Source of the DNA: an uncultured Kiritimatiellota bacterium
Lineage (GTDB): Bacteria; Verrucomicrobiota; Kiritimatiellia; RFP12; DVOR01
Assembly: GCA_944389945.1 (NCBI GenBank)
Contig: CALXOF010000005.1
Span: 29,215 to 93,214 of the forward strand
DNA: 64,000 nt
Reading direction: 5' to 3'
In this document: piece by piece, positions 1 through 9,344 of the stretch
Numbering within the stretch: the first letter of the stretch is position 1
Layout: every line of letters starts with the position of its first letter
The notes under the pieces: generated by a model
Seen by the model: the letters and a program-made list of their open reading frames with translations, nothing else
Databases searched by the model: none
Told to the model about the DNA's origin: nothing
Program-made: the position numbers and the translations under genes

Positions 1-809
1 TCACCGGCATGCATACGCTCTTCGGCCCCGCCCTTCCCCGCCGCCTCTTCGCCCCCGCCCCCGCCCTCATCCACGACCTCGACGAACCCTGGGACCCCGC
101 CGACTTCGCGCCCATGGCCGCCCTCATCGAGCAGCACAAGGCCACCCTCGCCGCCGTCATTCTCGAGCCCGTCGTCCAGGGCGCCGGCGGCATGCGTTTC
201 TACCACCCCGCCTACCTCCGCGCCCTCCGCGCCGCCTGCGACGCCGCCGGCATCCTCCTCATCTTCGACGAGATCGCCACCGGCTTCGGCCGCACCGGCA
301 AGCTCTTCGCCTGGGAACACGCCGGCGTCCAGCCCGACATCATGTGCGTGGGCAAGGCTATCACCGGCGGCATGATGACCTTCGCCGCCGTCCTCGCCAC
401 CGCCGCCGTCGCCGAGCGCGTCTGCTCCGGCGAGGCCGGCTGCTTCATGCACGGGCCCACCTTCATGGGCAACCCCCTTGCCTGCGCCCTCGCCAACGCC
501 TCCATCGACCTCCTCCTCGCCAACCCCTGGCAGGAGAAGGTGAAGGCCATCGAGGCACAGTTCCGCGCCGAGTTCGCCCCCGCCCGCGACCTCCCCGGCG
601 TCGCCGACGTGCGTGTCCTCGGCACCATCGGCGTCATCGAGCTCAAGCGCCCCGTCGACATCGCCCGGGCTGCAGCCTTCTTCGTCGAGCGCGGCGTCTG
701 GCTCCGTCCCTTCGGCCGCAACCTCTACGCCATGCCGCCCTACGTCATCACCCCCGACCAGCTCACGCGCCTCACCGACGCCATGCTCGCCTTCGCCAAA
801 CAAGCCTGA
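1..809 (+). CDS. bioA: adenosylmethionine-8-amino-7-oxononanoate aminotransferase, C-terminal ~266 aa (5' end lies outside window)
   Basis: ORF 9..809 is open to base 1. Motifs [18 protein letters not shown] and CVGKAITGG (PLP-lysine region) match class-III aminotransferase BioA. Confidence 0.8.
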   Translation, partial: TGMHTLFGPALPRRLFAPAPALIHDLDEPWDPADFAPMAALIEQHKATLAAVILEPVVQGAGGMRFYHPAYLRALRAACDAAGILLIFDEIATGFGRTGKLFAWEHAGVQPDIMCVGKAITGGMMTFAAVLATAAVAERVCSGEAGCFMHGPTFMGNPLACALANASIDLLLANPWQEKVKAIEAQFRAEFAPARDLPGVADVRVLGTIGVIELKRPVDIARAAAFFVERGVWLRPFGRNLYAMPPYVITPDQLTRLTDAMLAFAKQA

Positions 810-818
810 TTCACCGCC

Positions 819-1889
819 ATGCTGACCGCCGACTTCGATTACGACCTCCCCGAGGAACTCATCGCCCAGACCCCGCCCGCCGTCCGCGGCACCTCCCGCA
901 TGATGGTGCTCGACCGCGCCAAAGAGGGCGTCGAGCACCGCCACATCGGCGACATCGTCGACTACCTCCGCCCCGGCGACCTCCTCGTCCTCAACGACAC
1001 CCGCGTCTTCCCCGCCCGCATCCTCGGCGCGTGGGATGACACCGGCGGCGCCGCCGAACTCCTCCTCACCGACTGCGACGAAGAGGAGACCCCCGGCCGC
1101 CACGTCAGCCTCTGGCGTGCCCTCTGCCGCAGCGGCCGTCGCGCCCGCGTCGGCCACACCATCCGCCTCGCCGACGGCCACCTCATGGCCGACGTCCTCG
1201 AGTGCGGCGAAGAGGGCCGCACGCGCGTCCGCCTCACCGGCGACGCCCCGCTCATGGACATCCTCGCCGAGCACGGCCTCACCCCCGTCCCGCCCTACAT
1301 CCACCGCGACCCCAACGACCCCGAGATGGCCCGCCTCGACCGCGAGCGTTACCAGACCGTCTACGCCCGCGAGGTCGGCGCCGTCGCAGCACCCACCGCC
1401 GGCCTCCACTTCACCGATGCCCTCCTCGCCGACCTCGAAGCCCGCGGCATCCGTCGCGCCTTCGTCACCCTTCACGTCGGCCCCGGCACCTTCCGCCCCG
1501 TCAAGGCCGAGCGCATCGAAGACCACCGCATGGATGCCGAGCGCTACCACGTCCCCCAGGCCACCGCCGACCTTATCCGCGAGACCCGCGCCCAAGGCGG
1601 CCGCGTCATCGCCGTCGGCTCCACCTCCGTCCGCACCCTTGAGACCGTCGCCGCCGCCCACGATGGCCAGGTCGTCCCCTGCTCCGGCGAAAGCACCGCC
1701 TTCATCTACCCGCCCTACCGCTTCCTCGCCGTCGACGCCATGCTCACCAACTTCCACCTCCCTCAATCCACCCTCATCATGATGGTCTCCGCCCTTGCCG
1801 GCCGCGAACGCATCCTCGCCGCTTACCGCGAAGCCGTCCGCGAACGCTACCGCTTCTTCTCCTACGGCGACTGCATGCTCATCCTGTGA
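819..1889 (+). CDS. queA: S-adenosylmethionine:tRNA ribosyltransferase-isomerase
   Basis: 356-aa ORF. N-terminus MLTADFDYDLPEELIAQTP and a 340-360 aa length are typical of QueA. Starts 10 nt after bioA. Confidence 0.9.
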   Translation: MLTADFDYDLPEELIAQTPPAVRGTSRMMVLDRAKEGVEHRHIGDIVDYLRPGDLLVLNDTRVFPARILGAWDDTGGAAELLLTDCDEEETPGRHVSLWRALCRSGRRARVGHTIRLADGHLMADVLECGEEGRTRVRLTGDAPLMDILAEHGLTPVPPYIHRDPNDPEMARLDRERYQTVYAREVGAVAAPTAGLHFTDALLADLEARGIRRAFVTLHVGPGTFRPVKAERIEDHRMDAERYHVPQATADLIRETRAQGGRVIAVGSTSVRTLETVAAAHDGQVVPCSGESTAFIYPPYRFLAVDAMLTNFHLPQSTLIMMVSALAGRERILAAYREAVRERYRFFSYGDCMLIL

Positions 1890-1995
1890 AGCGGGCGCAC
1901 CGCGCCCGCAGAGGACAGAAAAGAGAGCGTACGGCGAAGCCGCAATTCATCCTCGGTCACAGAACATCCCTCATCAATCTTTTAAGGAGCCTCCC

Positions 1996-3108
<1,113 letters not shown>

Positions 3109-3146
3109 CCCCGTAGGGGCGCTCTCTGTTCTCCGTTCTCTGTTCT

Positions 3147-3170
3147 CGGGGCGCGTCAGCGCCCCTTTTT
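3147..3170 (+). terminator. rho-independent terminator (GGGGCGCGTCAGCGCCCC plus TTTTT) fused to the TGCTATACT promoter of the next gene
   Basis: Perfect 7-bp GC stem, 4-nt loop, T-run; 39 nt after the manC-like stop. Confidence 0.7.
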
Positions 3171-3197
3171 GCTATACTGACGGCAAAGGAGCACGGC

Positions 3198-4775
3198 ATG
3201 GAACAGAAAATCGCACAAGACATTGCTGACTTCCGCGAACTGCGGGAGAAGGGATTTGTTTATGTGGACAAGACCGAGCCGTTGTACCGCTTGGTCGAGG
3301 GAATTGACATCGGCGGGAAGCTCTTCTTCATCTCCCGGCCGCGACGGTTTGGCAAGTCGCTCATGCTTTCCACCTTGGAGTGTATCTTCCGCGGCGAGCG
3401 TGACCTCTTCAAAGGCCTCGCCATCGACAAGATGGACTACGACTGGACCGACTACCCCGTGTTGCACTTCAACTTCGCCACGATGGATACGGAGACCGTT
3501 GAGGCTTTCCGTGGTGGATTTGTGGCACGTGTCCAAGAAGTGTTCGAAGCAGCCAAGGTCACCTATAATCCCGCGCTCGCCCCGAACGACAACTTCTCTC
3601 GCGCCATCAAGGCCCTTGCCCGAGAGCATGGCAAGCCCGTGGTTATCCTCATCGATGAGTACGACGCGCCGGTCGGCGCTTCGCTGAATGACATCGAGAA
3701 GGCCAAGTCCATTCGCGCCACCCTTTCCGCTTTCTATGGTGAAATCAAGAACAATGCCTCAAACATCCGTTTCATGATGATGACGGGAGTGACGCGGTTC
3801 ACCCAGCTCTCCGTCTTCTCGGCGTTGAACAACCTCAACGACCTAACGATGGATGCGCGCTATGCCACGCTGTTGGGTTACACCGAGGAGGAGTTGGAGA
3901 CCTATTTCAGTCCCTCCCTGCACGCGCACGCCGAGATCATGGGCCTCTCTTATCAGGATTACCGCGGCCAACTTCGCCGGTGGTACAACGGCTATCGCTT
4001 CGCCAAGAGCAGTGCCGTGCGGGTCTACAATCCCGTCTCCATCGCCAAGACCATCGGCCCAAAAGAACCTTTCTTCGCGCCCACCTGGTCCAAGACCGGC
4101 CGCCCCTCCGCACTGATCAACTACCTCACCGAGCGCGAGCTGACGGAGATGGACTACGACAACGTGGAGAACATCTCCGAGGAGATGCTCGATCTCTGTC
4201 GTCTGGAAGCCATCACGCCGGTTTCCATGCTTTACCAAGGCGGCTATCTCACCATCAAGGACTACTCCGAGTGGGGCTTCACCCTCGGCGTCCCCAACGA
4301 GGAGGTCCGTCGCGACCTGGTCTCCCTCTTGGCGCAATACGCCACCAAAGACTTCGCGGTCGATTACCAGAGCGCTCTCTGCGGACTCCTGGCCAAAGGC
4401 GAATTCGCAGCCTTCTTCACCAAACTCAAGGCGCTCTACGCGCACCTGACCTACGGCGCCACCGAAATCCGCGTCCACGAGTCCAGCTACCTGCGCCCGC
4501 TTTACGCCCTGCTCGCCTCGCACCCCGCACTCCGTGTGATTGCCGAGGACACCCAGGCCCATGGCCGCGCCGACCTCGTGGTTGAGAGCCAACGCAACGT
4601 CTACATCTTCGAGCTCAAGGTCGACAAGACCGCCGCCGAGGCCCTCGCGCAAATCAAGGAACGCGGCTACGCCGAACCCTATCGTGCCCTGGGCAAGCCC
4701 ATTCACCTCATCGGCCTCAACTTCGCCTCTGCCACCCACTCCCTCTCCGACACGCTCGTCGAGCCCCTCGCGTAA
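3198..4775 (+). CDS. AAA-ATPase-like protein with C-terminal PD-(D/E)XK nuclease-like domain, paralog P1
   Basis: 525 aa. Degenerate P-loop FISRPRRFGKSLMLSTLE, Walker-B-like VVILIDEYDAP, C-terminal HGRADLVVE..IFELKVD (PD-(D/E)XK). Family architecture corresponds to the Bacteroides-type 'predicted AAA-ATPase' expansion. RBS aaggag. Confidence 0.8.
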   Translation: MEQKIAQDIADFRELREKGFVYVDKTEPLYRLVEGIDIGGKLFFISRPRRFGKSLMLSTLECIFRGERDLFKGLAIDKMDYDWTDYPVLHFNFATMDTETVEAFRGGFVARVQEVFEAAKVTYNPALAPNDNFSRAIKALAREHGKPVVILIDEYDAPVGASLNDIEKAKSIRATLSAFYGEIKNNASNIRFMMMTGVTRFTQLSVFSALNNLNDLTMDARYATLLGYTEEELETYFSPSLHAHAEIMGLSYQDYRGQLRRWYNGYRFAKSSAVRVYNPVSIAKTIGPKEPFFAPTWSKTGRPSALINYLTERELTEMDYDNVENISEEMLDLCRLEAITPVSMLYQGGYLTIKDYSEWGFTLGVPNEEVRRDLVSLLAQYATKDFAVDYQSALCGLLAKGEFAAFFTKLKALYAHLTYGATEIRVHESSYLRPLYALLASHPALRVIAEDTQAHGRADLVVESQRNVYIFELKVDKTAAEALAQIKERGYAEPYRALGKPIHLIGLNFASATHSLSDTLVEPLA

Positions 4776-4904
4776 CTTACCCACCAACAGCGTGCGCCTC
4801 CCCCGGTCTCCGCTGAATGTGGGAAGTTTGGGTTTCGTTTTGTGGCTTCACCGCTGATTGCGCCGTTCTCCGGGGCGTGCAAGCTGTTCCTCAAAAGGGG
4901 CTTT

Positions 4905-4995
4905 CGCGGACCCTTAAGGGTTTCGGGGTCGACCACTATAGGGTCTCACCTCCGACCACTATAGTGGTTGACCTCGGACCACTATAGGGTCTCAG
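4905..4995 (-). repeat. Family-C triple-palindrome element (GACCCTATAGTGGTC / ACCACTATAGTGGT / GACCCTATAGTGGTC), copy 1
   Basis: Reverse-complement match to the copies at 14379, 21434 and 52238. Flanked by CCCTTAAGGG palindromes. Confidence 0.85.
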
Positions 4996-5246
4996 GAAGG
5001 GCCTCTAGTCCCCAACCCACAGGAGCTCCGGATAACCATTCTTGTCCGGGAAAGGGAAGGACCCGCAAAGGCGCGATGGGGCGCGTCAGCACCCATCGCG
5101 AAAAAGCTTCCCCATGCACGCTTGCATTGGTGGGGCGGATATGATAAAGTACGTTCATTCATTTTTGGTGGATGGCCCGGTCGGGCCTTGTGCGTGCGTG
5201 GAGGTTCCACGCGGTTTTCCCCCTTCCAACCCCCAGTTTGTTACTG

Positions 5247-5858
5247 ATGGTTTCCTTGGCGTTTGCATTGACCGGCGGCATAGCGTGCGGCAAAAGTATG
5301 GCAGAACGGGCCTTTCGGGCCTGTGGATGCCGTGTGCTGGACGTTGATGAGACGGTGCGCGCGTTGGAGTCGCCCGGCGGTCGGGCGGTGGCGCCCATCG
5401 CGGCGGCCTTCGGTGAAGCGGTGGTGACGCCGGATGGCGCGGTGGACCGTAAGGCGCTGGGCGCAGTGGTCTTCGCGGACGCGGCGGCCCGTGCGCGGCT
5501 GGAGGGCATCGTCCTGCCGTTGGCGCGGGAGGAGACCGCGGCTTGGCGCGCGGCGGCCCTCCCGGGGGAGATCTCGGTCTTCTCGGCGGCGACGCTCTTC
5601 GAGCAAGGGTGGGACTGCGGCTGGGACGGCACCGTGTGCGTGCTGGCCTCGCGCGAGACGCAGATCCGCCGAATGATGGAGGCGCGCGGCATGACGCGTG
5701 CGGAGGCGGAGGCCCGTCTGGCCGCGCAACTCCCCGCCGAAGAAAAGGCCCGCCGCGCCACTTGGATTCTCCGAAACGACTCGGACGACCCCGCGGCCCT
5801 GCAGGCGCAGGTAGACGCGTTGGTGGCCCAGTGGAAACAGCTTTTAAGCCGACAGTAA
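5247..5858 (+). CDS. coaE: dephospho-CoA kinase
   Basis: MVSLAFALTGGIACGKS P-loop at the N-terminus; about 200 aa; typical CoaE. Confidence 0.85.
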   Translation: MVSLAFALTGGIACGKSMAERAFRACGCRVLDVDETVRALESPGGRAVAPIAAAFGEAVVTPDGAVDRKALGAVVFADAAARARLEGIVLPLAREETAAWRAAALPGEISVFSAATLFEQGWDCGWDGTVCVLASRETQIRRMMEARGMTRAEAEARLAAQLPAEEKARRATWILRNDSDDPAALQAQVDALVAQWKQLLSRQ

Positions 5859-5868
5859 GGACATAGAC

Positions 5869-7578
5869 ATGAGCGAAGAAGAGCAAGGTTCGCAACAGCA
5901 GACGAAGATTCAGGCCCGCCGCGTGGCCAAACCTCGCACCACCGGCACCCGCGGCCGCGCCGCGCGGCCCTCCACGGCCAAACCCGCCGTGGCCAAACCT
6001 GCCGTCGAGCCCATGCCCCCGCCTCAGCCCGAAACGCCGCCCATGCCTGTGGCCGAACCTGTTCCTCCGCCGCCCGCGCCGGTGGCTGAGGCCCCCGCGC
6101 CCCAGCCAATCCCGCAGCCCGAGACGCCGCCCATGCCGGAGCCCGCGCCCGCCGCAGACTTCGTGCCCCAGCCTCAGCCTGAGTATGCCCCGCCGACCGA
6201 TGCCACGCCGCAGGAGTCCCGCCGCTGGCAGAACCGCAAGAATAAGTGGGAGCGCCGCAACCAGAACCGTCAGCAGCAGCAACAGCCGCAACCCCCGCCG
6301 CCGGACGCCCTTCCGCCCGACACCCCGCCGCTCTACCTGAAGGACCTCGAGGGCGTGCCCTTCGAGAACCTGGTCGCTCTCCTCCCGCAGGAACAGGCCG
6401 AAGACGCCATCAATATGCGCCGCCACGAGGTCATCATGGCCATCATCCGCAGTTGGCTCCGCCGCCGCGGCACGGTCATCGCCACCGGTTGCCTCGAGGT
6501 GCTGAACGACTGCGGCTTCCTGCGTTCGGCCGCCAACGACTACATGCAGTGCCCCGAGGACGTCTATGTCAGCCAGCAGCAGATTCGCCGCCACGGCCTT
6601 CGCTCCGGCGACCTGGTCGAGGGCCCTCTGCGCGAGCCGCGCGACCGCGACCGCTTCTTCCCGCTGGCCAACGTCACCCTCGTCAACGGCCTCCCCGTGG
6701 AGCAGGCCAAGCGCATCGCCCACTTCGAGTACCTCACGCCCATCTTCCCCGACCGCCGCATCCTGCTGGAGACCACCAAGAACGAGCTCGCCACCCGTGT
6801 GATGGACCTCGTGACGCCCGTGGGCTTCGGCCAGCGCGGCCTCATCGTCGCCCCGCCCCGCACCGGCAAAACGGTCCTCCTCCAGAAGATTGCCAACGCC
6901 ATCAGCACGAACTACCCCGACGTCGAGCTCATGATCCTCCTCATCGATGAGCGCCCCGAGGAAGTCACCGACATGCAGCGCAACACCAAGGCGCAGGTCT
7001 ACTCCTCCACCTTCGACGAAGAGCCCCAGCGCCACTGTGCCGTCTCCGAGATGGTCATCGAGGTCGCCAAGCGCAAGGTCGAGAGCGGCAAGGACGTCGT
7101 TATCCTGCTGGATTCCATCACCCGTCTGGCGCGCGCCTACAACACTGCCGCCCCCCACTCGGGCAAGATCCTTTCCGGCGGCCTCGATGCCAATGCGATG
7201 CACAAGCCCAAACGCTTCTTCGGCGCCGCCCGCAACATCGAGAACGGCGGCTCGCTCACCATTCTGGCCACCGCCCTCATCGAGACCGGCAGCAAGATGG
7301 ACGACGTCATCTTCGAGGAGTTCAAGGGCACCGGCAACATGGAGCTCCGCCTCGACCGCACCCTCTCCGACCGCCGCATCTTCCCGGCCATCAACATCGA
7401 GCAGTCCGGTACCCGCCGCGAGGACCTCCTCTTCCACCCCGACGAGCTCACCCGCGTGTGGGCCCTGCGCAAGGCCCTCACCCCCGTCGGCCCCAGCGAG
7501 GCCATGGACGTCCTCCTCAAGCGGATGCGCCTGACCGGCTCCAACGCCGAGTTCTTGATGTCCATCAAGGAGAACTGA
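5869..7578 (+). CDS. rho: transcription termination factor Rho with a ~190-aa Pro/Gln-rich N-terminal insertion
   Basis: C-terminal RecA-like core GQRGLIVAPPRTGKTVLL...ILLDSITRLARAYN...GSLTILATALIETGSKMDDVIFEEFKGTGNMEL is diagnostic. The N-terminal 190 aa are low-complexity. Confidence 0.92.
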   Translation: MSEEEQGSQQQTKIQARRVAKPRTTGTRGRAARPSTAKPAVAKPAVEPMPPPQPETPPMPVAEPVPPPPAPVAEAPAPQPIPQPETPPMPEPAPAADFVPQPQPEYAPPTDATPQESRRWQNRKNKWERRNQNRQQQQQPQPPPPDALPPDTPPLYLKDLEGVPFENLVALLPQEQAEDAINMRRHEVIMAIIRSWLRRRGTVIATGCLEVLNDCGFLRSAANDYMQCPEDVYVSQQQIRRHGLRSGDLVEGPLREPRDRDRFFPLANVTLVNGLPVEQAKRIAHFEYLTPIFPDRRILLETTKNELATRVMDLVTPVGFGQRGLIVAPPRTGKTVLLQKIANAISTNYPDVELMILLIDERPEEVTDMQRNTKAQVYSSTFDEEPQRHCAVSEMVIEVAKRKVESGKDVVILLDSITRLARAYNTAAPHSGKILSGGLDANAMHKPKRFFGAARNIENGGSLTILATALIETGSKMDDVIFEEFKGTGNMELRLDRTLSDRRIFPAINIEQSGTRREDLLFHPDELTRVWALRKALTPVGPSEAMDVLLKRMRLTGSNAEFLMSIKEN

Positions 7579-7579
7579 G

Positions 7580-8593
7580 ATGCCCACCCAACGCTCCGGC
7601 GGCAACTCCGTCCACCGCGTGGCACGCCCCCGCGTCAAGGCCCCCGCACGCACCTTCGGCGAAAGCGCCGATTGGTCCGACCATCAAGGTTGCGAGGGCC
7701 TCTACGCCAATAAGCCGCTCGACCTCCTGCGCTGCCTGCGCCCCTTGCAATGGCTCAAGTGCGTCCTCCTCTTCGCCGCGCCCTTCTTCGCCTGGCTCGA
7801 CCCCGCGCAACACCTGCCTGGGGCCGTGGAACTGCAAGAGCGCCTGGGGCTGACCGTCGTCGCCTTCGCCCTCATCGCCTCCGCCGCCTATATTATTAAT
7901 GATATCTGCGACCTGAGGGCTGACGCCCGCGACCCGCTCCGCAAAAGCCGCCCCATTGCCGCGCGCCGCGTCTCCATCGGTGCCGCCATCCCGCTGGCGG
8001 TCGTCTGCCTGGCCGCCGGCCTCGGCGCCGCCTGGTTCCATGGACACCGCTTCGGCGGACACGCCCTCCTCTGGGTGGCCCTGGCCTATGCCGCCCTCCA
8101 GCCGCTCTACTCGCTGTGGGCCAAGCGCGTGGCCGAGGTCGGCGCCGTGGTCGTTGCGCTCGGCTTCGTCGCCCGCGCCGCCGCCGGAGCCTTCGCGGTA
8201 GACGTCCGCCTCTCGCCCTGGTTGCTCCTCTGCGTCTTCCTGTTGACCTTCTTTGTCGCGCTTTGCAAACGCCGCGCGGCCCACTTTGAGAAGGGCGCCA
8301 AGATGCCCTCCGCCGCGGAAGGCCGCATCCTCGACCTTGCCATCGGCCTCGGCGCCGCCGCCACCCTCGCCACCTACACGCTCTACACCCTCGCCTCCGA
8401 GACCATCGCGCTTTACGGCACCGACCATCTGGTCTGGACCGTCCCCTTGGTCCTTCTGGGCATCTGCCGTTGCCTGCGCCTGACCTACGCCGAACGCCGC
8501 GCCGCCAACCCCGAGCGCCTCTTGTTCGACCCGGCCCTCCTCGGCCTCGTCCTCGCCTGGGCCATCGCCTGCGCTCTCATCGTCCGTCTCTGA
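7580..8593 (+). CDS. UbiA-family prenyltransferase (decaprenyl-phosphate phosphoribosyltransferase-like)
   Basis: NDICDLRADARDPLRKSRPIAARRVS (UbiA Asp-rich motif) and multiple TM helices. Starts 1 nt after the rho stop. Confidence 0.7.
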   Translation: MPTQRSGGNSVHRVARPRVKAPARTFGESADWSDHQGCEGLYANKPLDLLRCLRPLQWLKCVLLFAAPFFAWLDPAQHLPGAVELQERLGLTVVAFALIASAAYIINDICDLRADARDPLRKSRPIAARRVSIGAAIPLAVVCLAAGLGAAWFHGHRFGGHALLWVALAYAALQPLYSLWAKRVAEVGAVVVALGFVARAAAGAFAVDVRLSPWLLLCVFLLTFFVALCKRRAAHFEKGAKMPSAAEGRILDLAIGLGAAATLATYTLYTLASETIALYGTDHLVWTVPLVLLGICRCLRLTYAERRAANPERLLFDPALLGLVLAWAIACALIVRL

Positions 8594-8771
8594 GCGCCCC
8601 TCCAACTTCCCTCCGGCCCCGTTCCCACGGGGCCATTCTTTTTCTGGTACGGCTCAAGCCGCCCCTTCCTCTTCGCGGAAAGGGAGGCCTGCCGATTTCA
8701 CCAGGCATGCTTGCGGAAAAACTTTCCCTGGGCACTATTGGGAGAGGCGCGGTTTTGCTATGCTATAGGGT

Positions 8772-9344
8772 ATGGATTGGTTTATCGCGGACACGCATTT
8801 TGGGCATGAGAAGATGCGGGTGAGGCGTGGGTTCGCCTCGGCCGAAGAGATGGATGAGGCATTGATTGCGCGCTGGAACGAGCGAGTGCGCGACACGGAT
8901 GAGGTCTTCATCGCAGGGGACTTGATTTGCCACAGCGACAAGCCGCCGGCGGAGTATCTGCGGCGGCTGAAGGGGCGCAAGCATCTGGCGGTGGGGAACC
9001 ATGACCGCGCGTGGATGCGCGGGGTCCTCCTGGGGGAATGGTTTGTGGAGGTGGCGCTGACGCTGGAGGCGTTCCGGCCGGGGTGCTGCTTCACGGTGTG
9101 CCATTACCCGATGTTGGACTGGTATCGGCGGCGGCATGGGGCCTCGTTGATTTACGGGCACATCCATGACTCGCGCAAGGAGCCCTATTATCCCTATCTG
9201 CAGACGATCCCGCGGGCCTACAACGCGGGCGTGGACGTCAATGGCCTCCGACCCGTCTCGCTGGAGGAGCTGATGGCGAACACGGCGGAGTGGCGCGCGC
9301 GGCAGGAGACGGAGCGCCGCATGACGAAAGGAACCCGGCAATGA
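8772..9344 (+). CDS. metallophosphoesterase (calcineurin-like phosphoesterase superfamily)
   Basis: DTHFGH...GDL..H..GNHD motifs. The stop overlaps the sulfatase start (ATGA). Confidence 0.75.
   Translation: MDWFIADTHFGHEKMRVRRGFASAEEMDEALIARWNERVRDTDEVFIAGDLICHSDKPPAEYLRRLKGRKHLAVGNHDRAWMRGVLLGEWFVEVALTLEAFRPGCCFTVCHYPMLDWYRRRHGASLIYGHIHDSRKEPYYPYLQTIPRAYNAGVDVNGLRPVSLEELMANTAEWRARQETERRMTKGTRQ

Noticed and set aside
4921-4960. Family-C half-site CGACCACTATAGGGTCTC as a T7/SP6-type phage RNAP promoter
   Set aside because: The resemblance to the CACTATAG core is partial and the sites are palindromic. There are three per element in an intergenic repeat, and there is no single-subunit RNAP gene or phage context in the window. 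Kept only as a low-probability note.
5075-5105. Hairpin CGCGATGGGgcgcgtcagcaCCCATCGCG upstream of coaE as a terminator
   Set aside because: Perfect 9-bp stem, but it is followed by AAAAAG on the plus strand and has no T-run on either strand, so it is not a canonical intrinsic terminator. It is possibly a regulatory stem in the coaE-rho leader, but unsupported.
5155-7653. Long antisense ORFs in the ORF track (e.g. 5155..7653 -, 9218..11452 -, 1957..3063 -, 12779..13948 -, 16154..17959 -, 22532..24460 -, 28669..31359 -, 48249..49583 -, 54347..56377 +)
   Set aside because: Each overlaps, on the opposite strand or in another frame, a gene with clear family signatures. Their translations are Gly/Arg/Pro/Ala-rich low-complexity artefacts expected at about 70% GC where stop codons are rare.
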